From: an uncultured Chloroflexia bacterium
GTDB lineage: Bacteria; Chloroflexota; Anaerolineae; JAAYZQ01
Assembly: GCA_963700285.1 (NCBI GenBank)
Contig: CAVOXA010000001.1
Span: forward strand, 1,440,001-1,504,000
Reading direction: 5' to 3'
DNA length: 64,000 nucleotides
Below are positions 61,488 to 64,000 of the stretch, in pieces. The translations under genes were made by a program, and so were the position numbers. Position 1 is the stretch's first letter; each line of letters begins with the position of its first letter. The notes below the pieces were generated by a model, which was given only the letters and a program-made list of their open reading frames with translations, was not told the DNA's origin and searched no databases.

Positions 61488-62300
61488 CTAGTCCAGGCCG
61501 TATTCCGCTGCCGCCTCGGCCGGCGTTGCTGCACCATTGACCACAGCCTTTAGCCCGCGCAGGAACGCGGCTGGATCCCGTGCCTGGACCACGTTGCGGC
61601 CAAAAACCACACCCCGCGCGCCGGCGGCAACCGCCTTCTCGGCCAACTCTAGGGCGTCCGCCTCCCGCTCCATCTTTTCTGCTCCCAGGGCAAAGACCGG
61701 GATGGGCGTCCCCTCGGTCACCTCGGCAAAGCGCTCGCCGGTATAAAAAGTCTTGATGGCGTCGGCGCCCAGTTCGCAGATGATACGGCACATCTTTTTG
61801 ATATAGTCGTGAAACTCGTCGGGACGCTCCCGCAGCCCGCCGACGGAAAAGACCTCACCGATCAGGGGGATGCCCAGTTCGCGCAGCTCTTGGGCCAGCT
61901 GGCCAAAGGTCTCTACGTTGCGCGCATCCCACCGCTGGTTTCCAGTCTGGAGTACCAGGCTGGCTACCACGGCATCGGCGCCGGCCGCGACCACGGTCTG
62001 GAGCGGGATACTCTTGACGATGTGCGCCTCCTGGTAGTGCCACGGCTCGCAGTGGATGGTGTTCCAGTTTCCCCGGACGAGGACCGAGGGGCTGCCCTGG
62101 CCCAAGAAAAGGTCCCCCGAGAAACGGATCATCTGCGGGGCTAGCAGGACGCCGTCCGCTTCTTTCAACAACTCGGCAGCAGCGGTATAGTCGATCAAAC
62201 CTTCCATGGGTCCAAAGGTTTGGCCGTGATCGATGGCCACGATGACGGCTCGTCCGCTGCTGGAGAATAGCTTGCTCAGTCGGATCTCTTTTCCTCTCAA
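61488..62300 (-). CDS. Class I fructose-bisphosphate aldolase/DhnA/LsrF-like protein
   Basis: IVAIDHG, ELGADAIKTFY, GVVFGRNV; TTG start after GGAGGAG. Confidence 0.88.
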   Translation of the reverse strand: MRGKEIRLSKLFSSSGRAVIVAIDHGQTFGPMEGLIDYTAAAELLKEADGVLLAPQMIRFSGDLFLGQGSPSVLVRGNWNTIHCEPWHYQEAHIVKSIPLQTVVAAGADAVVASLVLQTGNQRWDARNVETFGQLAQELRELGIPLIGEVFSVGGLRERPDEFHDYIKKMCRIICELGADAIKTFYTGERFAEVTEGTPIPVFALGAEKMEREADALELAEKAVAAGARGVVFGRNVVQARDPAAFLRGLKAVVNGAATPAEAAAEYGLD

Positions 62301-62389
62301 AGGTACTCCTCCTTGTGTCTTGGTTGGCCTATCCAGACCTCGGGGGTGTGAACCTTTGGGTCGGCCCAAAACCCCCGAGGTCCAGTGCA

Positions 62390-63723
62390 CTAGCGCGACA
62401 ATAGTTGCGTGACTTCTTCAAAGACCTCCATGACCCGTTCGGCCTCAGCTTCGGTGATGACCAGGGGCGGCTTGATCTTGACCACGTTGCCCATGCCGCC
62501 GTACTTGGCATGGCCAAACTGCACGCCGCGCTTGAACCCCTCCTCGACAAAACGGTAGGATTCTGCGTTGGCTGGCTCTTTGGTCTCGCGGTCACGCACC
62601 AGCTCGATGCCGATCATCAGGCCCGGCCCCCGCACGTCGCCGATCATCTCGTACTTGTCCTTCAGTGCCAGCAGGCGCTCGGTAAAGTAGGCCCCCATCT
62701 TGCGGCAGTTCTCCAGCAGGTTTTCCTCTTCCATGGCCTTCAGCGTGGCCAGCCCAGCCACCATGGAAATGGGGAAATGGGCAAAGGTGAAGGAGTGGTC
62801 GCCCGGTTCAAAGCCCCGAACGCTGTCCCGCTGGAGGCTGCCCGCCAGGGGGAAGCCGCCGCCGATCGATTTGCCAAAGATCAGGATGTCGGGAATGGTG
62901 TCGTACAGCTCAGCGCCGAACATCTCGCCCAGTCGCCCAAAGCCCGTCTGGATCTCGTCCCAGACCAGCAGCATGTCGTGCTTGTCGCACAGCTCGCGGA
63001 TGGCCTGGTAGTAGGGCAGGGGGAAGGGGATCATGCCCCCGCTGGCCTGAACTGGCTCCATAAAGAGGGCCACCGGCTGGCCGTCCAGGGCGTTGCTCGA
63101 GGAACTTGTCCATCATCTTGACGCAGTAACAGGTCGCACTCGGGATAGGTCTTCTCGTAGGGACAGCGATAGCAATAGGCCTGGGGCAGGCGGATCTTGT
63201 GACCCGTATAGTCCAGGAAGGGGGTCGGATGGGGATAGGTCAGGTCCATGGTGGCCAGGGTCCGGCCCGAGTAGCCATCCCACATGGTGACAAAGTACTT
63301 GCGGCCCGGCTTGTTTCGCAGGGCCAGCTTCATGGCCCCCTCTACGGCCGTCGTGCCGTGCAGGCAGTAGGTCACCCGGTTCAGATCGCCGGGCGCGATC
63401 TCGACCAGCTTCTTGGACAGCAGGAGCTTGGGAACAGTGTCAAAGTTGGTGCGCACGTGGGTGAAATAGTCCAGTTGCGCCTTGACGGCCTCCATGACGG
63501 TGGGGTGGCAGGCGCCCACCCCCAGGCTCCAGGCCTGGGAGGTACAGTCGATGTACTCCATCCCGTCATCGGTCCAGTACTTGGCCCCGCGGGCCTTGAC
63601 GAAAACCTTGGGCACGGCGGCGCCCACCGAACCGCTGAGCATGGCCCGGCGGCCAGCCTCCAGGTCCTCCTCGCTTACGTTGCGGTACAGGTCATGTACC
63701 CAGTCTGCATTTGTAGTTGTCAT
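62390..63723 (-). CDS. Class III aminotransferase (frameshifts at about 63080-63130)
   Basis: EYIDCTS, GTTAVEGA, EPVQASGG, WDEIQTGFGR, FGKSIGGG, VRGPGLMIG, KPPLVI. Confidence 0.92.
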
Positions 63724-63743
63724 GGTCTATTCCCTCATTGAAT

Positions 63744-63777
63744 AGACCTGACAGGTTTCGGAAAACCTATCAGGTCT
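63744..63777. repeat. REP-like palindrome
   Basis: AGACCTGACAGGTTT-cgga-AAACCTATCAGGTCT; intergenic, one mismatch. Confidence 0.65.
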
Positions 63778-63782
63778 CGAGT

Positions 63783-64000
63783 TTACGGCTCAAGTACTAC
63801 CTTGACTGCTTCGCGCTCTTTGCTGGCCTGGAAAGCGGCTGGCGTCTGGTCCAGCGGGAACGCCGCAGAGACCAGCTTTTCCATCTGCAACTGGGGCAGC
63901 AGGCCCACGGCCCGGCGCATGTCCTGTACCGTGCAGTCGATGCTGCCGTGCAGGTGCAATTCCCGGTAGTGGACCAGGTTGATGTCCAGGGGCAGGGTCG
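63783..64000 (-). CDS. C-terminus of a zinc-binding (MDR) alcohol/sugar dehydrogenase (partial)
   Basis: Manual translation: LDINLVHYRELHLHGS...EKLVSAAFPLD...VKVVLEP*. Confidence 0.8.
   Translation of the reverse strand, partial: TLPLDINLVHYRELHLHGSIDCTVQDMRRAVGLLPQLQMEKLVSAAFPLDQTPAAFQASKEREAVKVVLEP

Noticed and set aside
1-64000. Many split genes read as programmed frameshifting or mass pseudogenisation
   Set aside because: Single-base shifts hit unrelated genes whose motifs are otherwise intact, with no shared slippery site. This fits long-read indel error; read polishing would settle it.

Overview
GC-rich bacterial window, almost all on the minus strand. The gene families and repeat style suggest a Chloroflexota (Anaerolineae-like) genome; this is inference. 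At least 11 otherwise intact genes are split by single-base frameshifts, most likely unpolished long-read errors. Order of contents: (1) a zinc-ribbon/class III nucleotide cyclase/STAND NTPase/TPR protein fused to a family-5 solute-binding domain. (2) A non-pyrrolysine MttB methyltransferase, GPH transporter and PLP lyase operon. (3) A P-type ATPase homologue lacking its catalytic DKTGT aspartate, followed by a HEAT-repeat gene. (4) DegV, two LysW-like zinc ribbons and an atypical response regulator. (5) A TPR/PD40 protein, dmpA, ROK-nagA, an RRM protein, an M20 amidohydrolase and a DUF11 protein. (6) Duplicated BldC-like HTH genes, a ScyD/E protein with a sortase-like tail, and a lipoprotein cytochrome c. 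(7) A BTAD/SARP-STAND regulator followed by six small genes. (8) A ~25 kb catabolic locus (Dpp-type ABC components, FGGY kinase, pxpA/pxpBC, aminotransferase, aldolase, isomerases). The best candidate for an undescribed system is 30.5-36.7 kb. There, four promoters share one geometry (TTTGT-like boxes every 11 bp, then exactly 14 nt, then a -10 box), three genes are paralogues, one encodes a secreted NPELK-repeat protein, and all six products end in a Cys at the last or penultimate residue. No rRNA, tRNA, CRISPR array or transposase was recognised.
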